From Candidatus Eiseniibacteriota bacterium (lineage in GTDB: Bacteria; Eisenbacteria; RBG-16-71-46): a DNA stretch of 64,000 nucleotides. The notes under the pieces are model-generated. The model made no database searches. It saw only the letters and a list, made by a program, of their open reading frames with translations, and had not been told where the DNA came from. The stretch lies in assembly GCA_963744995.1 (NCBI GenBank), contig CAVUWA010000005.1, positions 288,001 to 352,000 on the forward strand, given 5' to 3'. Below, piece by piece: positions 47,537 to 57,282 of the stretch (within the stretch, counting starts at the first letter, position 1; every line of letters starts with the position of its first letter). The translations under genes were made by a program, and so were the position numbers.

Positions 47537-48088
47537 ATGCCCCGTGACATGCCTGCATTCGTTGCCGCGCTCCTCCTCGGCGTCATCGTCGCCGGTTGCA
47601 GCGGCACTTCTGCGAATTCGTCTTCGTCCTCGTCGCCGTCCGCGTCTCCGACCGCGGCCGCGGCCGCACCGGCACCGCCCGACACCACGGCTCGGAGCCT
47701 GTGGACCTACCTGCAGAATGCCGGCTACTCGGGGTGGCCGCTCTGGCCCGGCAAGGGCGAGCTCTACCCCGGCACGCGCCCGCACGGCGCCCTGCTTACC
47801 ACCCACCTGAACCCCGCTGCCTACGACGCCGTGACCAACGGTTCCACCGCGATGCCCGACGGCGCGGTGATCGTGAAGGAGAACTACGAGGCCGACACCA
47901 CGCTCGCGTCCATCACGGTCATGTACAAGTCGGCCGGCTACGATCCGGCGCATCACGACTGGTTCTGGATGAAGCGGCTGCCCGACGACAGCGTCGTCGT
48001 TGCCGGTCGCGGCGCGACGTGCATCGACTGCCACGGCCGGCACGCATCGAACGACTTCATTCAGACGTCGGTGCTCGGCGGCTCGTGA
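47537..48088 (+). CDS. Cytochrome P460/c'-beta family lipoprotein
   Basis: Lipobox IVAGC, Ser/Ala linker, PDGAVIVKENY, TVMYK...DWFW, C-terminal CIDCH; AAGGAGG RBS. Confidence 0.8.
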   Translation: MPRDMPAFVAALLLGVIVAGCSGTSANSSSSSSPSASPTAAAAAPAPPDTTARSLWTYLQNAGYSGWPLWPGKGELYPGTRPHGALLTTHLNPAAYDAVTNGSTAMPDGAVIVKENYEADTTLASITVMYKSAGYDPAHHDWFWMKRLPDDSVVVAGRGATCIDCHGRHASNDFIQTSVLGGS

Positions 48089-49257
48089 GCGCCGCTCCCA
48101 TGCGACCCATGACGCGGCCGCCGGCGCGGCGCACGCGTCTGCGTCCGCGCCCCGAGCCGCGCATGCGCGCGCGGCGCGGCGCGGCGCCGGACCGGCCCGC
48201 ACGACGCACGCCCGCCCCTGCCGGGCGCCCGCTGTGGCGCGACCTGCCGGCCATGTTCAAGCTCGGCGTCGAGCGCTGGCTCGAGCACGACGGGCGCGGC
48301 CAGGCCGCGGCCCTCGCGTTCAACACGCTGCTCTCGCTGGCGCCACTCGTGCTGCTGGCTCTGGCGGTGACATCGCGTGTGCTCGGCAGCGGGCCGGCGC
48401 GCGCGCAGCTGGTGAACGCAGTCGCCTGGCTTGCGGGCCCGGGCGCCGCGGCGCCTGCCGGTCGCATGGTGGACACCGTGGCTGCAGCGCGCGGCGCACC
48501 GCTCGCCACCGTCGTCAGCGTGCTGCTGATGGTGCATTTCTCCTCGACGGTCTTCGCGCAGCTGCGTGGGATTCTCAACCGCATCTGGCACGTCGAAGGT
48601 CCGCAGGGGCTGCGCGGCGCGCTGCACGAGCGCGTGATCGCGTGGGTGTTCGTGCCGGCGACGCTGCTCGCCGTGGCGGCGGTGATCCTGGCCGGGTTCG
48701 TATCGGCGATTGCCGCACCATTCCTCGCCACACATCTGCCCGGCGGCGGCTGGCTGCTGCCGACCGCCAACGCGCTGGTGCCGTTCCTGATCGTCACGGC
48801 GCTGCTCGCGACCCTCTACCGCTTCGGCCCCGGCGCAAGCGTCGCCTGGCGGGACGTGTGGCTGGGCGCGGCCATCGCGGGCTTCCTCGTGTCGGCGGGC
48901 AATTCGGTGCTCGGCTGGCTGATCGGCCGCAACATGCTCGTTTCGTTCTACGGCGCGGGCGGGGCGCTGGTCATGACCCTGCTCTGGGTCTTCTACGGCG
49001 CGCATCTGCTGCTGTTCGGCGCCTACCTCACGCGGGTCTATGCGGAGCGGCGCGGGTCGCTCGCCCGCGTGAGACGCAGCGAGAGCGGCGCGGACGTCAG
49101 AGCGCCGGCATCGCGCGCGCCAGTTCCAGATAGCGGCAGAACGCGTTGGCGAGCCGCATCTGCTGCGGCGTCCGGCATTCAGGCTCGAACAGGCGCGGGT
49201 TCGCGACGAGCACGCAGGCGCAGCGGGCGCGTGACGTCGCCACGTTCAGGCGGTTGA
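48085..49257 (+). CDS. YihY/virulence factor BrkB family membrane protein (start uncertain)
   Basis: AAALAFNTLLSLAPL, LNRIW, WRDVWLGA, YGAGGALVMTLLWVFY; multiple TM segments. Confidence 0.82.
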   Translation: MSAAPMRPMTRPPARRTRLRPRPEPRMRARRGAAPDRPARRTPAPAGRPLWRDLPAMFKLGVERWLEHDGRGQAAALAFNTLLSLAPLVLLALAVTSRVLGSGPARAQLVNAVAWLAGPGAAAPAGRMVDTVAAARGAPLATVVSVLLMVHFSSTVFAQLRGILNRIWHVEGPQGLRGALHERVIAWVFVPATLLAVAAVILAGFVSAIAAPFLATHLPGGGWLLPTANALVPFLIVTALLATLYRFGPGASVAWRDVWLGAAIAGFLVSAGNSVLGWLIGRNMLVSFYGAGGALVMTLLWVFYGAHLLLFGAYLTRVYAERRGSLARVRRSESGADVRAPASRAPVPDSGRTRWRAASAAASGIQARTGAGSRRARRRSGRVTSPRSGG

Positions 49258-52200
49258 GCGAGTACAGAAACTCCATGCCGCGCGGTGCGTCCTCGGGATC
49301 CGACGTGGTCATCGAGTAGATCACCAGCGGCGCCTGCTGGCCCTGGAACTTGTCCACCGTTCCCACGCGCAACCCGGGCATGCGTGCAGCGAGATCGGCG
49401 ACCTGGGCGTTGAAGGGCGCGACCACCAGGATGTCGTCGAGGGTCAGCGGGTGCGTCGCGCCGGCGGCGTCGGTCCACGTGGCGCCGCTCGCGAGCGTGC
49501 GTTCGATCAGGAGCGCGACCGCTGCGACCTCTTCCGGTGAACGGTTGCGGCAGCCCTCGTGCTCGACGGGCAGCAGCCACGGGCCCGCCCCGGCGAGCGG
49601 CGCCGAGGCCAGCGTCTGCCGCTCGAGACCCGACCGCGGTCGCAGCCTGCTCTCGTAGAACATCTCCGACGTGTACTCGCACAATGCCGGATGCAGCCGC
49701 CAGGTCTCGGCGAGAAACAGGCCGCGATCGTCGGGAATGGTGAGGCGGCCGTCCAGCAGGTGCTCGAGCGCCGAGATCCCGCAGCCGTCGGGATGGCTGC
49801 CCTGCTGCGGCTGGTCGAGCTGGCGCGGGTCGCCGAGCAGCACGAGACTCCTCGCACCCTGCGACACGGCGAGCGCGTTGGCGAGCGACAGCTGCCCGGC
49901 CTCGTCCACCACGAGCACGTCCACCGCCTCGTGCATGTCCTCGCGCGACCACAGCCACGAGGTGCCGCCGGCGACCTGCGCGGTGCCGTTCGCCAGGGCA
50001 GCCGCGACGGCGGCGTTGTCGTCGGTCTCGACGATGGTCGAGTCCGGCGTGCGCTCGCTCCTTGCCCACCTTCTGGATGCACGACGAGCGTCGCGCCTTC
50101 CTCCGCGGCCGCTCGCCACCACTTCTTCGAGCAGGTGGCGGATCACCTTGTGGCTGTTCGCGGTGACGCCCACGCGGCGGCCCGCGCGCACCAGCTCGAC
50201 GATCATGCGCGCGCCGGTGTAGGTCTTCCCCGCCCCCGGCGGACCCTGGATCGCCAGCACGCCGCCATCGAGCGCGAGCGCGAGGCGCCGCGCGGCGGCG
50301 AGACCGTCCTCGCCGGGCGTCGTCAGCGCGGTGCCCGGCGGCGGCGCCGGCGCGAGCCGCGGCGGCCGCCGCAACAGCAGGTCGCGGGCCGCGCGATACG
50401 AACCCGGAGCGTCCGCCCCGTGTTCCGCCGCCCACCGCCCGATGCGCTCCAGCGCGTCCGCCATGGTCCCGGCGTGGAAGTGGGTGTGCTCGAACACGCT
50501 CGACGGATGAACGCCGAGCTTCGACGGGCCTTTGAGCACGTCGACCGTACGCGCCGCGGGATCGACGTTCACGGCGTGGCCGAAGGCGCCCTTCACCTCG
50601 CGGGCGTGCAGCTCGTCCCCGAAGCGCAGCGTGGTCTCCTGCGCCGGGAACCGGTAGCGATGGACCTCGCTCCGCCTGCGCGTTTCCACCCGTTCGACGA
50701 ATTCGAGGCCGGCCAGCGCGCCGCGCTCGTCGAGCAGTTCTTCGTCGGGCAGCTCGAGCAACCGGAAGTATTCCCACCACTTCGCCTTGTCCTCGCGGCG
50801 GTGCCAGTCGAGCAGGTGCGCGAGCAGCCAGCGCGCGTGCGCTTCCGGCATGCGGGCCGCAGGATCATCCGGCACGCCCTCCGCGAGCCGCGCGGCGAGT
50901 GCGGCGATGCGCGCCTCGCGCTCGCCGACTTCCTCCGGCGCCTCACCCGCGGGGTCCGCAGGCGGCCGCGGCATGGACTCGCCCGCGGCTTCGAGCTCCG
51001 CCCGCAGCGATTCCAGCCAGTCCCTGAGCGCAAGCGTCGAGACGCAGTCGTCGCGGTTGTACGCCTCGACCACCGCACGCATCGGCGCATCGAGCAGGTC
51101 CGCGCGACCGAGTTCGAGCGCGTGCTCGACCGCGCGCAGCGTCGGCCGCGCCTCACCGAGCGCCAGCTCGCGGGCAAAGCCGTAGAAGGGCTCGAGGTCC
51201 TTGATCGAGTACTTCTCGACACTCGCGCGCAGCGCGTGGCGCGTGACCGCGTGCAGGTCGACGAAGCGTCCGGCGCGCAGCAGGCGGTCGATCTCCGCCT
51301 CGCGCGTCGCATAGCGCCCCATCAGGCGCTTGAGCGCCGCCGGCTCGTAGGGCGCGAAGTGATAGACGTGCAGATCCGGATCGGCTGCCCAGCGCGCCAT
51401 CAGCGCGTCGACCCACGCTTCGAACGCGGCCCGCTCGCCGGCCCGGTCGAGCGCCCACGCCGAACGGTAGCGCGGCGTCCCGTCCTCGAGCACGACCCAG
51501 CCGAACAGGTATTCGAGTCCGTCGGTCCCGACGAACGCGTCGCCCTCGAGATCGAGGAACACGTCGCCGGCCGACGGCGCGGGCAGGCGCAGCAGGCCCT
51601 GGCCGGGTTCGCGCTCGAGCAGCTCGTGCACGGGGCGCTCGAGGCTGCGCCCCTCGACCTGCACGCGCGCCTGTTCGCGCACGCGCACGATGCCCTCGCG
51701 CGAGCCGCGCGCCGGCCGGCGCTCGAGCGGCAGCGGCAGGAGCGCAAGCCCCGCCATGGTCCCGACCCCCCACTCGCCGAGCTCCACGCGCTGCGAGCGC
51801 GAAATGCCGGCGACCAGCGACAGGTGGTCGTCCGCACGGCGGCGGCGGTCGCAGGTGGACCACCAGCGGCAGATCCCGCACAACTCGACCGGCTCGGGGT
51901 AGAGCCCGCCCGGCGCCGGCGCGAGCAGATCGCCCGCGGGTGCGCCGGGCGCGCCGGCTTCGTCCACCGCGCGCTCGAGCCGGGCGCGGACGAACCGGTA
52001 GTACGCCATGAAGTCGTCGACGCGGTAGGTCTCGGGTGCGAAGTCCCTGCCCGGCGTCACGACGTGCATGTGCTCGGGACGGCGTTCCTGCACCGTTCCG
52101 ACGATGTCCGAATAGAGGCACAGCTGCAGCATCGTGCTGCCGCGCGTTTCGCGCGCGAGCTTGGTGTCGGTGACTTCGTAGGACCACGCGCCGAGCGCCG

Positions 52201-52570
52201 ACGGCGCGGGCACGCGGGTGAGGATGTCGGCGCGGCCGAGCCAGCGGTCGCGCACCAGTGTCGCCTGCACGATCACCTGGTCCCCGCGACGCATGGCCTC
52301 CACCGTGCGCTCGAACGCGCTCGCCGGCGGCTCGTCGTCACCGGCATCCAGGCGGGTCACGGCGGCGCCGGCACCGGCCAGATGGTCGAGGTAGGCCTGC
52401 TCGTGCTCGAAGCCGCGTTCCTGCAGCACCGCGAGCGCCGGATCGCGCCACATCGGCGAATCGATGCGCCCCTCGGCGGCGGCGAGATCCAGCGCGGTCA
52501 GGTAGCGGCAGCCCAGGTGATAGGCCAGATCGCTCGCCGAGAGGCGTGGATGTCCGCCGACGATCTTCAC
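49097..52570 (-). CDS. TM0106 family RecB-like nuclease fused to RNase H-like and UPF1-like SF1 helicase domains
   Basis: LSASDL, GRADIL...YEVTDTKLA...QL, FLDLEGD, YNRDDC, QGPPGAGKTY, VDEAGQ, LGDPRQL, GTVDKFQG, NRLNVATSRA; GTG start at 52570. Probable compensating indels at ~50050-50110. Confidence 0.88.
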   Translation of the reverse strand: MKIVGGHPRLSASDLAYHLGCRYLTALDLAAAEGRIDSPMWRDPALAVLQERGFEHEQAYLDHLAGAGAAVTRLDAGDDEPPASAFERTVEAMRRGDQVIVQATLVRDRWLGRADILTRVPAPSALGAWSYEVTDTKLARETRGSTMLQLCLYSDIVGTVQERRPEHMHVVTPGRDFAPETYRVDDFMAYYRFVRARLERAVDEAGAPGAPAGDLLAPAPGGLYPEPVELCGICRWWSTCDRRRRADDHLSLVAGISRSQRVELGEWGVGTMAGLALLPLPLERRPARGSREGIVRVREQARVQVEGRSLERPVHELLEREPGQGLLRLPAPSAGDVFLDLEGDAFVGTDGLEYLFGWVVLEDGTPRYRSAWALDRAGERAAFEAWVDALMARWAADPDLHVYHFAPYEPAALKRLMGRYATREAEIDRLLRAGRFVDLHAVTRHALRASVEKYSIKDLEPFYGFARELALGEARPTLRAVEHALELGRADLLDAPMRAVVEAYNRDDCVSTLALRDWLESLRAELEAAGESMPRPPADPAGEAPEEVGEREARIAALAARLAEGVPDDPAARMPEAHARWLLAHLLDWHRREDKAKWWEYFRLLELPDEELLDERGALAGLEFVERVETRRRSEVHRYRFPAQETTLRFGDELHAREVKGAFGHAVNVDPAARTVDVLKGPSKLGVHPSSVFEHTHFHAGTMADALERIGRWAAEHGADAPGSYRAARDLLLRRPPRLAPAPPPGTALTTPGEDGLAAARRLALALDGGVLAIQGPPGAGKTYTGARMIVELVRAGRRVGVTANSHKVIRHLLEEVVASGRGGRRDARRASRRWARSERTPDSTIVETDDNAAVAAALANGTAQVAGGTSWLWSREDMHEAVDVLVVDEAGQLSLANALAVSQGARSLVLLGDPRQLDQPQQGSHPDGCGISALEHLLDGRLTIPDDRGLFLAETWRLHPALCEYTSEMFYESRLRPRSGLERQTLASAPLAGAGPWLLPVEHEGCRNRSPEEVAAVALLIERTLASGATWTDAAGATHPLTLDDILVVAPFNAQVADLAARMPGLRVGTVDKFQGQQAPLVIYSMTTSDPEDAPRGMEFLYSLNRLNVATSRARCACVLVANPRLFEPECRTPQQMRLANAFCRYLELARAMPAL

Positions 52571-52629
52571 GTGGCGGCGGCCCCGTGCGGTGCGCGGCCG
52601 CCCGGCCGACGGCGCCCTGCCCGGGCCGC

Positions 52630-53565
52630 TCAGCGGCCATCGAGGAACGGCTCCACCACCCGCAGGAACGCGTCCGGCTCCTCGAACATGGGCAGGTGAC
52701 CGCTCTTCTCGAACACCTCGAAGCGCGACCCCGGGATCGCCTGATGGATCCGCCAGGCGGTGCTCGGCGCGACGTTGATGTCGTAGCGGCCGGTGATGCA
52801 CCAGCGTCGGCATCGTGAGCGTATGGAGCAGCGGCGTCAGGTCGAGGTTCGCGACGTCGGCGCTGATCGCCTCGTTCACCGCGCGGTTGATGACGTAGTC
52901 GCCGGCATGCGCGAGGAACTCGTCGCGGTGCGCCTCCGAGTAGAACAGCATGCTGAGGTAGACGTCGAGCGACTGCTGGAACGCGCCGTCCACCCCGAGG
53001 GCGTCCTGAAGGTCGATAGCGCGACTGCTTCTCGACCCGGTCGGGGAAGAACTGCGCGAACATGAACTCCGTGGCGGCCCATTTCGGCGCCGCCGAATCC
53101 ACGATGATCAGCCGGTGCACGCGATCGGGGTGCCGCGCGGCGTAGGCCATCGACCAGGAAGCCGCCCCACGAATGGCCGAGCAGGTCGAGCTGGTCGCGG
53201 TGAAGCTGGACCCGCAGCGCTTCGAGATCGGCGATCTGATCCTGGAGCGTGCAGGACTGCCCTGCCTCGAGTGCACCCGAGCGTCCGTTGCCGCGCTGGT
53301 CGTACATCACCACCGGGCGGTGCTCGGCGAGACGGTCCCAGACGTCCGTGCACAACTCGTAGTCGTGGGCGAAACCGGGGCCACCGTTGACGACGACGAG
53401 CGGCATGCCGCGGTCCTCGCCGCGCACGTCGTACCAGATCTTCACGCCGCCGTTGAGGAACGTGTGGCCGGGACCGTCGGGGCGCGCGGGGCGGGCGGCA
53501 GAGGGCGAAACCGCGGCAGAAAGGGCGAGCACGGCGAACACGACTGCGGCGAACGGCGAACGCAT
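52630..53565 (-). CDS. Secreted alpha/beta hydrolase (proline iminopeptidase-like), broken by several frameshifts
   Basis: Signal peptide, NGGPG, DQRGNGRS, GHSWGG; other frames continue MAYAARHPDRVHRLII, DLTPLLHTLTMPTLV, FEKSGHLPMFEEP to the TGA at 52630. Confidence 0.75.
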
Positions 53566-53749
53566 GAGGACCTCCCGGTTCGGACGCGGAACGGCTGCCG
53601 GACGAAGCTACCCGGCGGGCCGCGGCCGGTCCAGCGAGGAAAGACCCGGCGCCGGCGCGGCGCGTGTTCCGGCAGGACACCGTGCCGCGATCGGCCGCCG
53701 CCGCCCGTCATGCGCCCGTCAACCCCTCGCCGCGCCGGTCCTCTCCGCC

Positions 53750-53778
53750 TTGTCGGTGGAGGGTCCCCCGCGGATAAT
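53750..53778 (+). promoter_or_regulatory. Putative promoter giving a leaderless transcript of the RAPP uORF/metal-uptake operon
   Basis: TTGTCG-17nt-GATAAT-6nt-ATG(53785). Confidence 0.55.
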
Positions 53779-53784
53779 GCCGCC

Positions 53785-54105
53785 ATGCTGTCGCTCCACA
53801 TCCTGGCCCGGCGCCTCGCACGCGCGAAGCGGACGACCCTGTTCGCGGTCGTCCTGTTCGTCTGTGGCGGCGCGGCACACCTGCTCCATCACATCGAAGA
53901 CCCGACGTGCGACCGCGGGCCGGCCCCGATCTCGCACGTCTGCGCGTCCTGCGCCGCACTTCACGCCGGCGCCATGGCGGAGCGGCCGCCGGCGATCCTC
54001 AACGTCGTGCCCGCGAGCGCCGTGCTTCCGGCCGATGCAGCGGCCGACCCCGCCCCGCGCGCGCCCGCGCGCGATGCCGCGCCCCGGGCCCCACCCTTCG
54101 CCTGA
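53785..54105 (+). CDS. DUF2946/CruR-like leader protein (106 aa): hydrophobic N-terminus, His cluster, CxxC, C-terminal RAPP
   Basis: TLFAVVLFVCGGAAHLLHH...SHVCASCAALH...Pro/Ala linker...PRAPPFA-stop, directly upstream of metal transport genes. Confidence 0.78.
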   Translation: MLSLHILARRLARAKRTTLFAVVLFVCGGAAHLLHHIEDPTCDRGPAPISHVCASCAALHAGAMAERPPAILNVVPASAVLPADAAADPAPRAPARDAAPRAPPFA

Positions 54106-54209
54106 TCCTCGACGCCCGCCCCGGCGGGCCCATTCCAGACCGTGACGCCGCGGCGCGCCTCCTGTGTGCCGTGCGCGCCCGTTCCACGCCGTATCGAGGA
54201 GGGCATTTC

Positions 54210-55337
54210 ATGTCACGACGTTTCGTTCGTGGTCTGCTCGGCCGCGCCGTGCCTGCCGTGCTCGCGTGCGCCGCCGCCGCGCTCGCGGCCTTGCCGGCAC
54301 CCGTGCGGGCCCAGACGCAGTCGATCTACTCGAACCTCGCGAATCCCTCCATCGGGATGAACGCGCTGTTTTCGGGATCGGCCGCCCACAATCTCGATCA
54401 GCCGTATGGCCTCCAGTTCGACGAGGCGGAGATCAGCCTGATCTCGGTGGTCGATCCGTACTGGACGCTGGAGAGCAACATCGTCTTCACCGCCGACGAA
54501 GTGGACCCCGAGGAGGTCTGGGCACGCAGCACCAGCATTCCATCCATCCAGCTCAAGGTCGGCAAGCTGCGGGGCACGTTCGGCAAGCAGGGCCTGCTCC
54601 ACAGTCATGCGTTTCCGTTCATCCAGGCGCCGATCATCATGGCCAACTCGATCGGCGAGGAGGGGTTCAAGGACGCGGGGCTCGAGGCCGCATGGCTGAC
54701 GCCTCTGCCGTGGTACGCGGAGCTGACCGGAGGCCTGTACCAGGCGATCGAAGCCGACGAGGAGCATCCTCTCGACTTCGGGTCGTCCCGTCACGACAAC
54801 GTGCCGTTCCTCGGCCACTTCAAGAACCTCATCGACCTCGACGACGCGACCACTCTGGAAGTCGGGCAGTCCTATCTGCAGGGCCGTGGGTCCGATGGCG
54901 CCATCCATTCGGCGTTCGGCGCCGATCTGACGGTCCGCAACGTGCCGGCGCGGAACTCGAACCGCCGCGGCTGGATCCTACAGAGCGAGTACATCCAGAA
55001 GGGCTCGAGAACCGGCGGCGACTACGCTCGCGAGCAGGACGGCTGGTACGCCCTGGTCCGCTACCGGCTGTCGCAGCTCTGGTGGCTCGGGGTCCGCGGC
55101 GAGCAGGCCCGTGACAGCGACACGGACTTCCTGGTGGACGGTGCGGGCGACCCGCTGCACAGCCGCGTGAATCGCGCCTCGATCAACGTCGCATGGGCGC
55201 CCTCCGAGTTCTCCTTCGCGCGCCTGGAGTACAGCCATTCGCGGGCGGACGCAGGAATGGGGCGCGTGCTCGATGACGACCGGATCATGGTCCAGCTGAG
55301 CTACACGATCGGTTTCCACCCCGCCCATGCCTATTGA
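54210..55337 (+). CDS. Putative outer-membrane beta-barrel associated with metal uptake
   Basis: Signal peptide; NPSIGMN, EAEISL..VDPY, LHSHAFPF; C-terminal QLSYTIGFHPAHAY; GAGGAGG RBS. Confidence 0.75.
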   Translation: MSRRFVRGLLGRAVPAVLACAAAALAALPAPVRAQTQSIYSNLANPSIGMNALFSGSAAHNLDQPYGLQFDEAEISLISVVDPYWTLESNIVFTADEVDPEEVWARSTSIPSIQLKVGKLRGTFGKQGLLHSHAFPFIQAPIIMANSIGEEGFKDAGLEAAWLTPLPWYAELTGGLYQAIEADEEHPLDFGSSRHDNVPFLGHFKNLIDLDDATTLEVGQSYLQGRGSDGAIHSAFGADLTVRNVPARNSNRRGWILQSEYIQKGSRTGGDYAREQDGWYALVRYRLSQLWWLGVRGEQARDSDTDFLVDGAGDPLHSRVNRASINVAWAPSEFSFARLEYSHSRADAGMGRVLDDDRIMVQLSYTIGFHPAHAY

Positions 55338-55398
55338 ACCCGCGGCGACCCGGTTGCCCCGGGCCCGAACCGTGGACCATGCCCTTGCGGAGGATTTC

Positions 55399-56330
55399 AT
55401 GAAGCGAACGATGCAAATCCTGATGATCCTGATCTGCGCCGCGTGGACGGCCGTTCCTGCGCTGGCCGATCTGAAGGTTGCGACGTCCATCACCGATCTG
55501 GCGTCCGTCGCCAATGACGTGGGCGGCGGCCACGTGAAGGCGGAGAGCCTGTGCCCCGGCTACTCGGATCCGCACTTCGTGCCGGCCAAGCCCAGCCTGA
55601 TGAAATCCATCCAGCACGCCGATGCGTTCGTCTCGGTGGGGCTCGAGCTCGACATCGGCTGGCTGCCGCTGGTCCTGCCGGGAAGCCGCAATCCGAAGAT
55701 CCAGCCCGGCGCGCCCGGTTTCGTGGACGCGTCGGAAGGGGTTCGCGTGCTCGAAAAGCCCAGCGGGACGGTGAGCCGTGCCGAGGGCGACATCCACCCG
55801 CTCGGCAATCCGCACTACTACTGTGATCCGAAGAATCTCGAGGTCGTGGCGGATCACCTGGCGCGGGTGTTCTCGCAACTCGACCCCGCGAACGCAGCGG
55901 ACTACGCGGCGAACGCGAAGGCGTTCGACGCGAAGATGGAAGTGGCGCTCGCGAAGTGGGAGCAGCAGATGGCGCCTTACAAGGGCGCGTCGATCGTCAC
56001 CTACCACAAGAACTTCGTGTACTTCGCCGACCGTTTCGGCCTCGGATCTTCGGCCATGTCGAGCCGAAGCCGGGCATCCCCCCGAGTCCGCGCCACATCG
56101 CCGAGCTCGCCGAATCGATGAAGCAGGCGGGCGTGAAGGTGATCGTCTACCAGCCGTACTACAAGGCCGACGCCTGTCGTGAGCTGGCGGCGAAGGCCGG
56201 CGGAACCGCCGTGGAGGTCGCCACGGAGGCCGGAGGCGTGGCGGGAACCGACGACGTTTTCGCGAAGTTCGACACCATGGTCACGTCGCTGGCGGATGCG
56301 CTCGCCGGCAAGTCGGGAGGATCGCGATGA
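55399..56330 (+). CDS. Zn/Mn ABC transporter substrate-binding protein (ZnuA/TroA family), frameshift near 56045
   Basis: DPHFVPAKPS, GDIHPLGNPHYY, TYHKNFVYF; continues in the next frame as EPKPGIPPSPRHI. Confidence 0.85.
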
Positions 56331-57195
56331 ACTTCTTCACCGTGATGGCGCTGCCGCTGATCGCCTGCCTGCTGCTCGTGCTGATCACGCCGGCCCTCGG
56401 CCAGCACGTGCTCGCCCGCGGGGTGATCTTCGTGGACCTCGCGCTCGCGCAGATCGCCGCGCTCGGCGCGAGCGTCGCGTTCCTGCTCGGCGCGGATCCG
56501 CACGACCCGAGCACCTACCTGTGGTCCTTCGGCTTCACCCTGCTCGGCGCCGCGCTGTTCAGCTTCTTCTGGGACCGCCAGTCACTCGGTGCTGCAGGAG
56601 GCGTTCATCGGCATCTCGTTCGCACTCGCGACCGCGGCGACGCTGCTGATGCTGTCGAACGCGCCGCACGGGGCGGAGCACGTGAGCGGCGTCCTGAGCG
56701 GCGAGGCGCTCGGCTGGGTCACGTGGCAGTGACATCACGATCATGGCGACGCTCTACGCGATCGTCGGCGCGTTCCTCTACATGAACCGCGCGAAGCTCC
56801 TGCTGTGCTCCGAGGACCACGAGAAGGCGAAAGCGATCGGGGCTCTCGGTCCAGCAAGTGGGACTTCCTGTTCTACACGGCGTTCGGGCTGGTGGTGACG
56901 ACCGCGTCCGGGTCGCCGGCGTCCTCGCCGTGTTCTCGTTCCTGATCGTGCCGATCGTGTGCGCGACGCTGCTCGGCCGTCGGGGCCCGCGCGCCTCTAC
57001 TGGGCCTGGGCCATCGCCACGGCGGTCTCGATCCTGGGCGCGACGTTCTCCTACCTGCGGGACTGGCCGATGGGCGCCACCATCGTCTGCCTGTTCGGCG
57101 TGACGGTCGGCCTGATCTCGCTCTCAGTGCGAATGAAGTACGTGGACGAGAAGGCGGACCGGCTGGAGGGCAAGGAGTTCCAGGTCGCAGACTGA
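56327..57195 (+). CDS. Metal ABC transporter permease (ABC-3/ZnuB-like), several frameshifts
   Basis: LGQHVLARGVIFVDLALAQIAALG, QEAFIG, WDFLFY, AGVLAVFSFLIVP, DWPMGATIV spread across frames; ATGA overlap. Confidence 0.8.
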
Positions 57196-57282
57196 GCACG
57201 CGTGGGGTGCGGCGCCCGGCGCTGCCGGCGGCGCCGCACCCCGTGACGTGTGCTTCCACCTCGTCCGTGGCATGCTGCCCGC

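Noticed and set aside
52571..52993. Apparent hydrolase-nuclease fusion in ORF 49097..52993
   Set aside because: Artefact of frameshifts in the upstream hydrolase, which has its own stop at 52630; the nuclease starts at GTG 52570.
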